Origin: Candidatus Poribacteria bacterium
GTDB taxonomy: Bacteria; Poribacteria; WGA-4E; PCPOR2b
Direction of reading: 5' to 3'
NCBI GenBank assembly: GCA_965218095.1
Contig: OZ244587.1
Location: 5,280,001 to 5,344,000 of the forward strand
DNA length: 64,000 nucleotides
In this document: positions 28,625-40,600 of the stretch, piece after piece
How positions within the stretch are numbered: position 1 is the stretch's first letter
How the letters are laid out: every line of letters starts with the position of its first letter
Notes under the pieces: generated by a model
Told to the model about the DNA's origin: nothing
Database searches by the model: none
The model's input: only the letters and a program-made list of their open reading frames with translations
Made by a program: the position numbers and the translations under genes

Positions 28625-30553
28625 ATGCGATTCCGCACCCTCTTGCTCTTTATCATCGTTTTCCTTTTCGGCGCCGGCAAATCAACGGCTTTGGTTGATC
28701 TTTCTATCATCAGTCCGACAACGGGTTTTACAACAAACAATCGAACGCTACAGGTTGAGGGAGTAGTTGAATCCTCAATCCCAACGAAAGTTATCGTTTC
28801 GACAAATACACCTGCTGGTATTCGAGATCTCGCGCAAGTGGCGCATTCAATTTATGCAATCGTCGTAGATCTCGGAAGTTTACAAGAACTCAAGGGGCTG
28901 TTGATTCGTCCCGTTACGGATGGAGAGTTCCCACGCGGTCCACGCTTGACACGTATCGCCTTTTCTCAGGATGGTTCCAGTTTCTCTGGGGGGCAACCTT
29001 TCAACATTCCATCTGGCATAGATCCGGTTTTCCAAAGCGCCGTCGTTGATTTCTCGTCCATTATCTCCACACGATTCATTCAAATTGAGATGCTCGAAGG
29101 TTGGCAGATCGGGCCGATTGCCATTGAGTCAATCGGGTTTTTAGACACCAGCAATCGGATCATACAAGCGCGGATCCAATCCATTTCAATCCTGCTCAAT
29201 CTGACAGAAACACGCCGTGCAACTTTTTCCATAGAAGTCTTGCTCGAAGCGGGGGAAAACCGACTCTCGTTGATCGCGAGGGAACTTTCACTATCAGATC
29301 CGGATTCACCGGACGCGGTGGACGCAGAGACGATTTCACTCTTCCACCTTCCAGAGTTACAACCTGAAGCGGCTGATGAAGGATTTTTCACCCTGAGCGA
29401 TGGAAGCCAGGCAACAATTGTAATTCCGGCAGATGCATTTGATGAACGCATCAAAAAACTACAGTTTTTTCCGATTCCACCTGAGCAAGTTGATTCGCTG
29501 TCCTATCTGAGGAACACTCGTATTGTTAAGGGTACTTCGCCAGTTGTCGTTTACCGCTTTGAAGCACTCCGGCAAGGGGTGTTTGCAGCCAAAGCAACAA
29601 GGTCGCTGCCCAATCAACCACCAACGCTCGCTGTCGATGGCATCTTGGAGTCACCGTCCACATGGGTAGCGGGTCTTGTACCGCTGCCCGTTAGTCTGAC
29701 GATTGATCTCGGCATCCCGCGCACTGTCAGCCGTATGGTTGTCCATGCCAACGTGGAAGATGACATCTCCTTCGGCCCACAGAGTGCGACCATCCTCACA
29801 TCAAATGATAACGAAAATTTCACGGCGTATATTGGAATCACCGAGTTTGAAGACCAGACAACGGTTATCGAGCTTCCAACACGACCATCAGCCCGTTACT
29901 TTCGCCTTGAAATCACGGAGAGCAAACAAGCCAATAACATTCAACTGAATGAGGTTGAGTTTTTCGATGCATCGAGCGCGAAAATCGTGTCATTTGACAT
30001 CTTCGAGCATCTCATCCTTGAGCGCCCTGCATTGCTCGAACTAAGCTATAACCCTTCAGATTTGGTTGCCGCAAATATCACAAGAGAAAAAGACTTGAAA
30101 GTCTTCGTCTGGGATGCTCTCGCGCAAGAGTGGCAATTGGCAGGAGGCGAAATTGACCTAAATCAGCAAGCCGTGCGTTTGGAGCTCAACTTTATCTCCC
30201 AGGTCGCTCTGTTCCAAGCTGTCCCATCGCAGCTTCAAGCGGTGTGGAGTTTTAACCCCTTCTCGCCTGACGGAAATGGTATCGCTGACATGACGCGATT
30301 AACAATCGTGAACCCCAATGCTTCACAAATCGGACAAACTGAACTTGTTGTTGAAATTTTCGATCTCCACAATAAGCTCATCAGAACTTTGATTAATCGG
30401 ATTGTGATGAGCACGAATGCGATGAGTGTTGAATGGGATGGCAGAGATCAGAACGAGGAGATCGTTAATATCGGTCCCTACATCTACCAGATTCAGCTCC
30501 GATCTGGTACCCAGATTGGCGTCCGTAACGGCGTGATCGTGGTGGGAAAATGA
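28625..30553 (+). CDS. Secreted protein with two discoidin (F5/8C)-like domains and a C-terminal FlgD-Ig-like sorting-type domain
   Basis: Signal peptide; VDLG..TRFIQIE and IDLG..ARYFRLEI..NEVEF; NPFSPDGNG..IFD..LIRTL..WDGRD..GPYIYQI. Confidence 0.8.
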   Translation: MRFRTLLLFIIVFLFGAGKSTALVDLSIISPTTGFTTNNRTLQVEGVVESSIPTKVIVSTNTPAGIRDLAQVAHSIYAIVVDLGSLQELKGLLIRPVTDGEFPRGPRLTRIAFSQDGSSFSGGQPFNIPSGIDPVFQSAVVDFSSIISTRFIQIEMLEGWQIGPIAIESIGFLDTSNRIIQARIQSISILLNLTETRRATFSIEVLLEAGENRLSLIARELSLSDPDSPDAVDAETISLFHLPELQPEAADEGFFTLSDGSQATIVIPADAFDERIKKLQFFPIPPEQVDSLSYLRNTRIVKGTSPVVVYRFEALRQGVFAAKATRSLPNQPPTLAVDGILESPSTWVAGLVPLPVSLTIDLGIPRTVSRMVVHANVEDDISFGPQSATILTSNDNENFTAYIGITEFEDQTTVIELPTRPSARYFRLEITESKQANNIQLNEVEFFDASSAKIVSFDIFEHLILERPALLELSYNPSDLVAANITREKDLKVFVWDALAQEWQLAGGEIDLNQQAVRLELNFISQVALFQAVPSQLQAVWSFNPFSPDGNGIADMTRLTIVNPNASQIGQTELVVEIFDLHNKLIRTLINRIVMSTNAMSVEWDGRDQNEEIVNIGPYIYQIQLRSGTQIGVRNGVIVVGK

Positions 30554-30704
30554 AAGGTAACTGCACGGCTTTGGAGAAACTATCCCACGAAGAAAGGGAA
30601 ATCGTTCGTTCCTGTATCCACATGATGGTCCCATTGAAATTTTTGTTTCCTCATCAACCTAGAAAGTCGTAAACCTGTATATCGTTCCAAGGCGGGTGAT
30701 TGCA

Positions 30705-31410
30705 ATGAGAGATTGCGCGTATAAAATCCTGGTTGTCGATGATGAAGCGGATATCGTTGACTTTATCGATGATTACCTGACGGAAGAAGGGTACAGCGTC
30801 ATCAAAGCCTACGACGGAACTGAAGCCCTTGACAAAATGCGCCAGGATCCCCCCGATCTCGTTATCCTCGACATTATGCTACCGGGATTGGATGGCTTTG
30901 AAACCTGTAAACAGATGCGGACAGAGTCTGCGGTTCCAATTTTGATGGTAACAGCGAAAGACAGTGATGTGGATAAAATCGTTGGCTTGGAAATTGGCGC
31001 AGATGATTATATATCGAAACCGTTCAATCCACGTGAGTTGGTAGCGCGGATCAAAACAATCTTGCGAAGCAACCTATCGCCAGGATTATCAGCCGCAGAG
31101 CCAAACGCCCCAACTGAAATATAAAGATCTATCTATTGACACCGAACGTCGAAAGGCAACCATCGGCGATAAACTCTTGAACTTCACAATGAAGAAATTT
31201 GATCTGCTGCTATTTCTGATGCGAAACCCAGGGCGTGTCTATTCACGCGATCATTTGCTCGATTACGTATGGGGACAGGATAGCTTCGTGGGGGCACGTA
31301 CTGTCAATGTGCACATCCGGCGACTGAGGGAACAAATTGAGACAGAGGCAAGCCAACCCGAATATATTAAAACCGTCTGGGGGGTTGGCTACAAATTCAC
31401 AGACGAATAA
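30705..31410 (+). pseudogene. OmpR/WalR-family response regulator, frameshifted
   Basis: Receiver domain (VVDDE, LDIMLP, GADDY.SKPF) and winged-helix (VHIRRLR, TVWGVGY) lie in different frames; shift near 31068. Confidence 0.88.
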
Positions 31411-31604
31411 CTCGATGATAGAAGGATAGAAGGATGGAAGATATACAGGATTTTGCTCTCCTGAAATCCTCTTCCTGGCACTGCTTCCAACCCCCTCTCT
31501 TTTGGATTTTCCACCCTTCCGCCAATCGCCAATCTGGGATTTCACTTCACTCAACCCGTACACCGGTCCGATCTACTTTGGTTTCCATCTCCTATTTCAA
31601 GCTG

Positions 31605-32546
31605 ATGCTCCATCTTCTACTCCTCGGGACAGGAATGGTAGGATTCTCTACGTGGACGCATGCGGCGTTTGAGGATGGATTTATAGGGGCGCGCGCCTTC
31701 GCAATGGGAGGGGCGTTCACAGCAATTGGCAATGAATCGGATGGATTGCTCGTCAACCCCGCATCGATTTCAAACCTGATGTGGCATTCGGAATCACTCC
31801 AATCCGCACAACAATTATCAGCAACAATGGCGACACTGCACGTTGGCTTGAGTGATGAAACATCGATTACACAGAACCTGGTTAGCTATGCCAATTCCCA
31901 CGCGACGCGGGGGGCTTTGGGATTGCTATGGAAGCGGTTGAACGTCAGTCACTTGTATTCAGAAAATTATGTCCTCGTTGGGGTGAGCAAAAGTTACGAC
32001 CTCGGCGCCGAGGAGACGCGGCGTATCTCACTTGGAGGCGCAGTCAAATTCTTAAATTGGGACACGGCGCCGACAATCGGAGCAGACGGCGCCGTTGTGG
32101 AAGATTTGCCGGGGCGTAGTCAGTTGAGCCTGGATGTCGGGGTAATCTTTCGTCCAGCCCCAAGTATTCCGATAGCTCTATCCCTCCAGAATCTCAATAC
32201 CCCCAACATCGCTTCGACCGATTCGCCCGTAACAGAGAATCTCCCGCTGCAGGTGACGCTCGGTATCGGTATTTCTGGGCAAGACACCATATGGGGAATG
32301 GATCTCGTTTTCAAAGGAAGCCAGGTTGATGTTAAGGTCGGTATCGAGCGCCAGTTTAATAGGGAGAGTCTGATTGTGCGTGGTGGATTCCGGTTGGAGA
32401 ATCTGGCATGGGGAACAAATCTGACGCTTGGCGGTGGGTATCGCCCGTACAAAAGCATCCGCATTGACTACGGCTTCCTTTTTCCCATCGGCGGAATCGA
32501 GGACACTTATGGCAGCCATCGGTTTAGCATCGTGTACGATTTCTGA
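31605..32546 (+). CDS. PorV/PorQ-like outer-membrane beta-barrel
   Basis: Signal peptide; GARAFAMGGAFTA..NPA motif; amphipathic beta strands; C-terminal Phe. The start was chosen downstream of a repeat-rich stretch. Confidence 0.75.
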   Translation: MLHLLLLGTGMVGFSTWTHAAFEDGFIGARAFAMGGAFTAIGNESDGLLVNPASISNLMWHSESLQSAQQLSATMATLHVGLSDETSITQNLVSYANSHATRGALGLLWKRLNVSHLYSENYVLVGVSKSYDLGAEETRRISLGGAVKFLNWDTAPTIGADGAVVEDLPGRSQLSLDVGVIFRPAPSIPIALSLQNLNTPNIASTDSPVTENLPLQVTLGIGISGQDTIWGMDLVFKGSQVDVKVGIERQFNRESLIVRGGFRLENLAWGTNLTLGGGYRPYKSIRIDYGFLFPIGGIEDTYGSHRFSIVYDF

Positions 32547-32575
32547 AACGCCATCAATCGAGTGAGGCACTAAAA

Positions 32576-33323
32576 AAGAGTGAGTTGCCTTTCCTTTATA
32601 GGAGACCTATAAAAAATCACTTCTTTGCTTATTTTCCCAGTAACACCTTTTGAGTCTTTCAAGGGTTGAAAAGGTAAATAGTCCATATTCACCTTCACAA
32701 AAAATGAGTTCCCCCTTTCTCTTTAGTGCCCATTCGGCCAAGTTCTTATAATCAAGCAGATCGCTTCCATGTCTATACCCTTTTCCCGGCGCTTTTCTAT
32801 AAGGTGGCTCAATAAACCAGGTTGCTTCAATATCCGGAGCTTCGGTATAATCCCCACAAATAATTCGCCAGTGCTTTACCTTAAATAGATTATTCGCCAT
32901 ATACCGCTTACTTATGCTCCAATTCCTTGACAGAATTGGAGTGATTTTGATCGTCCGATAGTAAAAAGCCATTTTGGTTGCAGCATGTATAATATGTAGA
33001 AACTCAGAACTCTTTTCTCCAATCTTCAAATCTGGCATTCTTAATATCTCTTCGGGTGTTGCTTTCGCAATTAACCATTGCCATAGGCTCGCTACTCTTT
33101 CATCCTTCTCTATTAAAATAACGTTCTTCCTCCAATTATCTCCATGTAACGAGTATGCTGCTGAACCCGCAAAAGGTTCAATGATATTATCAAAATTCGG
33201 ATCAGGATAGTACCTGACTATCTGTTTTTTTCGACCGTAGTAGTAAAACATCTTCTTTATCAGTGGGCTTTGACCTACCAGAATTTTATAGGACGCGGAC
33301 TTGATTTGTTCAATTATTGCCAT
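32576..33323 (-). pseudogene. Dam-like DNA adenine methyltransferase, degraded
   Basis: YYGRK, IEPFAGS; motif IV reads EPPY rather than DPPY; apparent frameshift near 32685 (the alternative frame gives YLPFQPLKDSKGVTGKISKEVIFY). Confidence 0.7.
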
Positions 33324-33412
33324 CTTCTACCTGAAATGACAATATCTTTCCATATTTCCGCTGGTATTCTTTTTTATCAAGAATTACAGTCCATCCTGCT
33401 CCCATCTTTCTC

Positions 33413-34661
33413 TATAATGGTCCCCAATATTCGGGCCAGGAGTTAAGTAAGAAATAACGTCTAACTCCCGTCCACCAATGGAGGTCTGAATATGTCAACC
33501 AAACGGATTCGGCATACTGCCAAATTCAAGTTTCAAATAGCCGTTGAAGCCATCAAGCCCGATAAAACTATCAACCAATTGGCAAGCGAGCATCAGTTGC
33601 ACCCAAGCCAAATCAGCCAATGGAAGAAACAGTTGCTTGAACAAGGTAGCGATATTTTCGCTACCAACCCGACCCAGCGACAGCGTGAGCAAAATGACAG
33701 GGAGTCGAGCCTGTATGAGCAAATGGGGCGGTTGAATATGGAACTCGACTGGTTGAAAAAAAAAGCTGCCTCAAGCCGCTGAACAGAGACGGGCACTCGT
33801 TGAACCCGACCACCTGAAACTGAGTATCCGTCGTCAGTGTGAATTGCTCGGTTTTTCCCGGTCAACCCTCTACTGTCAACCGGCTACAGAGTCAGCAGAC
33901 AATCTGCATCTGATGAGACAAATAGATGAGCACTATCTGCAAACCCCTTTCTATGGGAGTCGTCGAATGACACAACATCTTAAGCGGCTTGGCTACCGTG
34001 TGAACCGCAAACGCATCAGGCGACTCATGCGTTTGATGGGCATAGAAGCGATTTATCCCAACTCACCCATCAACAGCGAGCATCGGATTTATCCGTACCT
34101 ATTACGTGACTATGAGGTGACAGCCTCCAATCAGGTCTGGTCGACTGACATTACATATATCCCGATGAATAAAGGGTTTATGTATTGGGTTGTGATACTC
34201 GACTGGTATAGTCGTTACGTCATCACTTGGGAACTATCTAATAGTTTAGAGGGTCAGTTCTGTCTTGATGCCTTGCATCAAGCATTATGTGGGGCAACCC
34301 CTACCATCTTCAATACCGACAAGGCGTCCAGTTTACAGCCAATGCTTTCATCGATACCATCGAAGCCGCTGGCATTGCTATGAGTATGGACAGCGTGGGG
34401 AGAGCCATTGACAACATTTACATTGAGCGGTTTTGGCGAAGCGTCAAGTATGAAGATGTTTATCACAAACTTTACCAAACAGGGCAAGCCCTGTTTGATG
34501 GATTAACTCAATATATCCGTTTCTATAATCAACAGCGACCTCACCAGAGTCTAAATTATGCTACCCCGGCTGAGGTCTATCTGAGCTAAAGCAGTGTCAG
34601 TTTATCTCAAATATCTTACTTATTTTTCCTGTGTTTTGGCCTCGACAATGGGTCCACTTTA
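33413..34661 (+). mobile_element. IS3-family element, copy 1 (orfB damaged)
   Basis: orfA 33492-33782 with an A9 slippery site; orfB has WSTDITY and is frameshifted near 34320 relative to copy 2; ends TATAATGGTCCC / GGGTCCACTTTA. Confidence 0.88.
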
Positions 34662-35097
34662 GTGGAAGCATGGACGGGTGATGAAAAGCAGTAGTTTCGG
34701 ATTTCGGCGGTTCTGGAAGGCGTGTTTGTTGGCATCAAATGAACGAGACGATTTTCCTGATGGATGTGGGGAATTATACTTCATAATTGCTTCAAACGTG
34801 AGGCGTATTGCACAAAACATAAGGGCTCATGTTAACTTGACAATGTTAAATTAGACGTCAAGTTAAGTAATTTTCAAAAATAAAACTCGTGCAAAGGAAA
34901 AATCCGGATCAGTAATTTCGATGTTTCTCTGACGCTTTCGCATTTTTTCAACACGCAACCGGTCAGGTAGTCGCGTAAACTGACAGTGCTTTAGCCATAG
35001 TACAGGTGAAACCCCAATCACGTTTCATCGTATATTCTGTCATAGGAATGATGGCTCATAATCATAATCGAAACGATTGATATTAGGAGAAAAACAC

Positions 35098-35253
35098 ATG
35101 TTCAACGGTATTGAACTCATGTTGGGAGCGGTTTGCTCAATTATGGGAATCGGCGGTGGATACCTTCTTCTCACTACTGTTTTCGCTGGCATCCAGTTAA
35201 TCTCTAAACGTCGCGGGTTGGAAGCAGAGGTTGAGAAAAATCTTGACACCTGA
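35098..35253 (+). CDS. 51-aa small membrane protein
   Basis: AGGAG RBS; MFNGIELMLGAVCSIMGIGGGYLLLTTVFAGIQLISKRRGLEAEVEKNLDT. Confidence 0.5.
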   Translation: MFNGIELMLGAVCSIMGIGGGYLLLTTVFAGIQLISKRRGLEAEVEKNLDT

Positions 35254-35360
35254 AACTCTCTTTGGGTAGCATATTACGCTGTTTCTGCATTTATTCCTTC
35301 TAACTTTTGTCCTCCGTTTATGAAAAAGAGGGAAATCCATCTTTAACCGGTGGCTTATTC

Positions 35361-36065
35361 ATGCATTATAAGCAACTCCACCCATGGGACATAACACCCG
35401 CCGAAGCACGCCAGATCCAAAACAAACTCCGTGATCAGGTCATACACGAAGACCAGTTCGGGGAGATCAAGACGGTCGCCGGGGTCGATCTCGGTTTCAG
35501 GAAAGACATCGCACGTGCATCGGTTATCGTGTTGAGCTTTCCAGAGTTGCAATTGATTGATGGTGTCCTCGTTGAAAGCCCGGTTGGTTTCCCTTACATT
35601 CCGGGCTTGTTATCTTTCCGCGAAACACCTCCCCTTCTCAAAGCTTTTGATCAACTAAATACTGAACCGGATCTCGTTATCGCTGATGGGCAAGGCATCG
35701 CTCATCCAAGGCGTTTTGGAATTGCGTCACACCTGGGGTTAATTTTGGACAAACCCGCCATTGGTTGTGCCAAATCCCGTTTATGGGGAAGACACAAAGA
35801 ACCAAAGCCTGAGGCGGGCTCAATTGAGTATTTGTACGACAGGGACGAAATTATCGGCGCAGCCGTTCGCACAAGATTTAACGTCAATGTCGTGTATGTT
35901 TCGATTGGGCATCGTGTCTCTTTGGATTCAGCAATCCGGTTTACACTGGCGTGTCGTCGGAATTACAGACTACCTGAAACAACACGATATGCGCATCAGG
36001 TTGCAGCGGGTAATATTTCATTGCCCCAAAAGGTTGAAGACGAGGAACAACTTACACTGTTTTAA
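35361..36065 (+). CDS. nfi: Endonuclease V (deoxyinosine 3' endonuclease)
   Basis: AGVD, FPYIPGLLSFRE, DGQGIAHPRRFGIASH, GCAKS, SIGH and RLPETTR motifs. Confidence 0.97.
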   Translation: MHYKQLHPWDITPAEARQIQNKLRDQVIHEDQFGEIKTVAGVDLGFRKDIARASVIVLSFPELQLIDGVLVESPVGFPYIPGLLSFRETPPLLKAFDQLNTEPDLVIADGQGIAHPRRFGIASHLGLILDKPAIGCAKSRLWGRHKEPKPEAGSIEYLYDRDEIIGAAVRTRFNVNVVYVSIGHRVSLDSAIRFTLACRRNYRLPETTRYAHQVAAGNISLPQKVEDEEQLTLF

Positions 36066-36216
36066 TATTGCAGGCCGGGCTGCAAAGGAAAGGAAGGATG
36101 GTGCGTTTCACGTTTCACACATTCTCCCAATGGATTTGTTGATAATGTGAAGTGGCAGATAGATAACATACAAATCAACGGGACATGGCATTTCGTTAAA
36201 CCGGTTCAAAAGGTAA

Positions 36217-37475
36217 TATAATGGTCCCCTATATTCGGTCCAGGAGTTAAGTAAGAAATTAGGTCTAACTCACCCCCGTAAATGGAGGATTAAATATGTC
36301 AACAAAGCGGATTCGGCATACTGCCAAATTCAAGTTTCAAATTGCACTTAAAGCCATCAAGTCAGACAAAAGTATCAACCAACTGGCAAGCGACCACCAG
36401 TTGCACCCAAGCCAAATCAGCCAGTGGAAGAAACAGTTGCTTGAACATGGGAGCGATATTTGCGCTTCCAGTCTGAGTAAGCAACAACGCGAGCAAAATG
36501 ACAGAGAGTCGAATCTGTATGAGCAAATGGGGCGGTTGAATATGGAACTCGACTGGTTGAAAAAAAAAGCTGCTTCAAGCCGCTGAACAGAGACGGGCAC
36601 TCGTTGAACCTGACCACCCCAAACTGAGTATGCGTCGTCAGTGTCAGTTGCTGGCGGTCTCTCGGTCAACGCTCTACTACCCACCCGCTGCAGAGTCGGA
36701 AGACAATCTGCATCTGATGCGGCAAATAGATGAGCAGTATATGGAAACACCTTTCTATGGGAGTCGCCGAATGACAGCGCATCTGAAGCGTCTTGGCTAC
36801 CGTGTGAATCGCAAACGCATCAGGCGACTCATGCGTTTGATGGGCATAGAAGCAATTTATCCCAAACCCAAGCTCTCACCCATTAACAGCGAGCATCGGA
36901 TTTATCCATACCTATTACGTGACTATGAGGTGACAGCCTCCAATCAAGTCTGGTTGGCTGACATTACATATATCCCGATGAATAAAGGGTTTATGTATTG
37001 GGTTGCGATACTCGACTGGTATAGTCGTTACGTCATCACTTGGGAGTTATCCAATAGTTTAGCGGGTCAGTTCTGTCTCGACGCCTTGCATCAAGCATTA
37101 TGTGAGGCAACCCTTGCAATCTTCAATACCGACCAAGGTATCCAGTTTACCGCCAATGCTTTCACCGATACCATCGAAGCCGCTGGCATTGCTATGAGTA
37201 TCGATAGCGTGGGTCGGGCCATTGACAACATTTACATCAAGCGGTTTTGGCGTTCGGTCAAGTATGAAGATGTTTACCAGAAACTGTACCCGACGGGACA
37301 AGCCCTTTTTGATGGATTAACTCATTATATGCGTTTCTATAATGAGAAGCGACCTCACCAGAGTCTCGATTATGCGACGCCGGCTGAGGTGTATCTCGGC
37401 TAAAGCAGTGTCGGTGACTCTCAATCATCTTACTTATTTATCCATTATTTTGGACTGGACAATGGGTCCACTTTA
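36217..37475 (+). mobile_element. IS3-family element, copy 2 (orfA 36296-36586, orfB to 37403)
   Basis: HTH orfA, A9 frameshift site, rve domain (WLADITY, NTDQG, DNIYIKRFW - the usual E reads K); same ends as copy 1. Confidence 0.9.
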
Positions 37476-37634
37476 GTCCTACTCCAGCCCTCTTGTCTTG
37501 ATGAAGTGATACAGTGTCAACTTGTGAACACCTGTTACCTTCGCTATCAATGCTTGACGAGTACCTTTCAATTTTTATCCTTCTTTCCCCCTCGGCATTA
37601 AAGAGGTAAACATCGTCGGCTATAATACGAATTT

Positions 37635-40600
37635 TCATACCAATGCCGCACTGCAAATAATTTTTGGAACGGATTCATTCTCAAGTTGAGCATCCCGCTG
37701 CCTCGATTCCCACTCCCCCATGTTATGTTGGTGGTAAAGGTCGATCAGATTTTGCAATAATGCGTTTCCTGTCACACCATTTCGACGTAGTAAATTGAGT
37801 TCTTGATTCACGGCGTTCGTAATTGTCCCGCGGAACGCCTTTTCCAATGTGTCCGCTTGAGCAGAGATATCTTCATCTGGCGCGTTCCTAAAAATAAGTT
37901 GCAATTCCTTTAGCACGTACCGTTGCGCTTGCGTCAGGGAAAGTGTGTGCTTGCGTTCCGATTGCAGGTCTCTGATTTCTTGAGTGAATAACCGCTTGAC
38001 CCCCATAATGACCGCGTTGTAATCCGTAGGCAACTCGCCCCCGGAAAGTTCCGGTTCGCACTTGATATAACTGAGGATGCGGGAGATGTCTCTGGAGATG
38101 ATACCGCCTTTTTCGTCCAGAAGGAATAGTTGCTGATAACGCCCTGCTTGACAAAACAGATAGGTCCCTTGTGAACCTTTTGGCATTGCTGTGCGAATCC
38201 CGTCTCTCAGATTCGCAATTCGCTCATACTCCGCCGGGTCCTCATGCCGCAGCTGCCTCAGAATCTCTTCGGCTTCGTTGAGATCTATTGCCTTTTCATC
38301 TTCGGCGTTTTCAAACAGGCTCAACTGTTCGCCTTCCCCCTCATAGATGGCATACATCGCTGTTTCGTTAAGTTGTTCTGATTTATCGAGGATAGCCGCG
38401 TCCTCGCCAATCGTATCGTGAATCTCTTGGATGCGATGATGAAGGATCTGTTGCAGCCCCAAATTTTGTTCGATGCCGGTTTCTGGCAGAAAGTTGAAGC
38501 CGTAAATCACATCGTGCTTGCTCCCGATACGGTCAATGCGCCCGAATCGCTGAATCAGCCGCACGGGATTCCAGTGGAGGTCGTAGTTAATAATTTTGTC
38601 GCCGTCCTGTAGGTTCAGTCCTTCCGCTAGCACGTCGGTGGCGATGAGGGTGAACAATTCCGACTCCCCACCCTGAAATTGGTACTCTGGATTTGCTTTC
38701 GGCGCGAAACGCCCCACTGCTCGTTCTTTGCTTTTGTCACCGCTATAGATCACGTCAACCTCATCCCGTTTGCCATCGGGGTTGAGATTTTCAAACAGAT
38801 AACGCGCCGTATCTGCATATTGGGTGAAGATTAGGCATTTTCCCTCGTTAAGTGGCGGTTCTGCCAAGTGCTGTTTGAGGATTTGCAGCTTAGCATCTTG
38901 CACGGCGGTGATTGGTGATACAAGTTCCGACATCCCTCGTAGTAACTGGAGGTCATGCTCAATATCTGCACGCAGTGCTTCGATTTTGAAATCCGCAATG
39001 TCGTATCGTGCTGAAGCCTGCCTCAACGCATCCATCAAGTCCTGTTCCTCTGCCTCGTTGGGTTCGTAGAGAATTGCTTGCGCTTCTTCACCGGCGGGGA
39101 CAATGCCACCTTCAAGGGCTTCGAGAAAGCGTTCGTGGACTGCCAACAACCGACGCACCGTCTGCTTAAAAGCGTACACGCTGGATTCAAATCGCTTGAA
39201 CAGGAGTATCCGCATCAGCCCACGCAGGTTGATCCCTGACCGTTGCAGGTTGGTATAAGGTTCTTGTTTCTGCTTTGCCTCGATCACGTAGTTCCAAAGT
39301 CCATAACGGGCATAGGTTAATTCGCCAGCCGAGGAGGAGTTCAATTGGCTGCTGCGCGGTTTTCCTATATGTTCCCGCAGCTTAAAGTAAAGTCCCTGAT
39401 AGGTGTCCTCGATATTGTAGGAGATGGTTTCCAAGACACGCTTGGGGAAGAACTGCTTTTTTCCACCGACAACAACGTAAGCCTTTCGATGTCCATCAAG
39501 GTATTCCTGAAATCGGGATGGATCAACGGGGTGATCGGTCCCCTCATCGAAACCGTACCAGCGCAAGATGTGATTGCGGGTGCGTCGGATGAGGATATTC
39601 CTCAACAGGTCGGGGAGATTTTTTTCTCGCTTCTCAATCTGGCGAAAGTACGTCCGCAGGTTGGGCGGATCGATTGGCAAATCGGTGATGTCGTTGTGAT
39701 GAAAAAGTTTAATCTGGTGGTATATGTCCCAAGCGCTCTTGTTGCGTGGTGTCGCTGTAAGAAAACAACATCGTCGTCTAGTGGCTAAGAAGGTCTGCAA
39801 CACTTTGTAGCGTTGCGTGTCGGGGTGGCGGAAGTTATGGCTCTCGTCAACCAGTACGAAATTCCGGTCGCGGTATATCACGTCACCAAGAATTGTAGAG
39901 GCGGTGCTGTGCACCTGCTCACCCTGTCCACCGTCACCTTCTCGTAAAACTCCCATAGAAAGCACACGGGCGTTGAGTTGGTAGACCTCATTGTAGCGTT
40001 CCCACATTTCGATCAACGGGGCAGGGCAGATAATCAGTGGACGTGCATTTTCCGTCCGTTCAAAATACTTAACAATCGCTGCACCGATGTAGCTTTTACC
40101 GAGACCGACCACATCTGAGACAAAGGCTCCGCCGTAATCGCGAATAATCTGCACCGCCTGTCGGACAGCAACTTTCTGAAAATCCGCTAACTGTTTGATA
40201 ATGTCATCCACCCAAAGTATGTCCGCCTCATCCTCCCCTTCGAGTCGGTCTTTAACCAGCTCATAAAGTGTCTTCATGTAAATATCATAGGGTCTGACGG
40301 GGGCAATCGCCCAAGATGATTTCATTACCTCCATCAGGGATTCATCGAAGTCTTCCGCCTCATCCCAGAGCTCGTCGAACCAGCGACACAGTTCGGCGTG
40401 GTTGGCGTTCCCTTGAACCACAACGTTTAACTCGGTATTGTGGCTCACACCGGATAGCGTGAGGTTGGATGACCCCACAACGGCGATGCCCTTTTCGTAA
40501 CGTCCGTCTCCATCATAATCGAAGATGTAGGCTTTGGCGTGTAGCCGTCCTTTGGTATAGACGCGAGCAAGCAGCCGCTTTTCCGCTATCATCTTTGCCA

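Noticed and set aside
30705-31410. Programmed frameshift in the response regulator
   Set aside because: No slippery or homopolymer site at the shift; a simple indel or sequencing error is more likely.
31434-31604. N-terminal extension of the PorV-like ORF
   Set aside because: It runs through intergenic repeat DNA; a signal peptide begins at ATG 31605.
33413-37475. Composite IS3 transposon carrying nfi
   Set aside because: The copies are visibly diverged and damaged, no shared outer direct repeat is evident, and nfi is a housekeeping gene.
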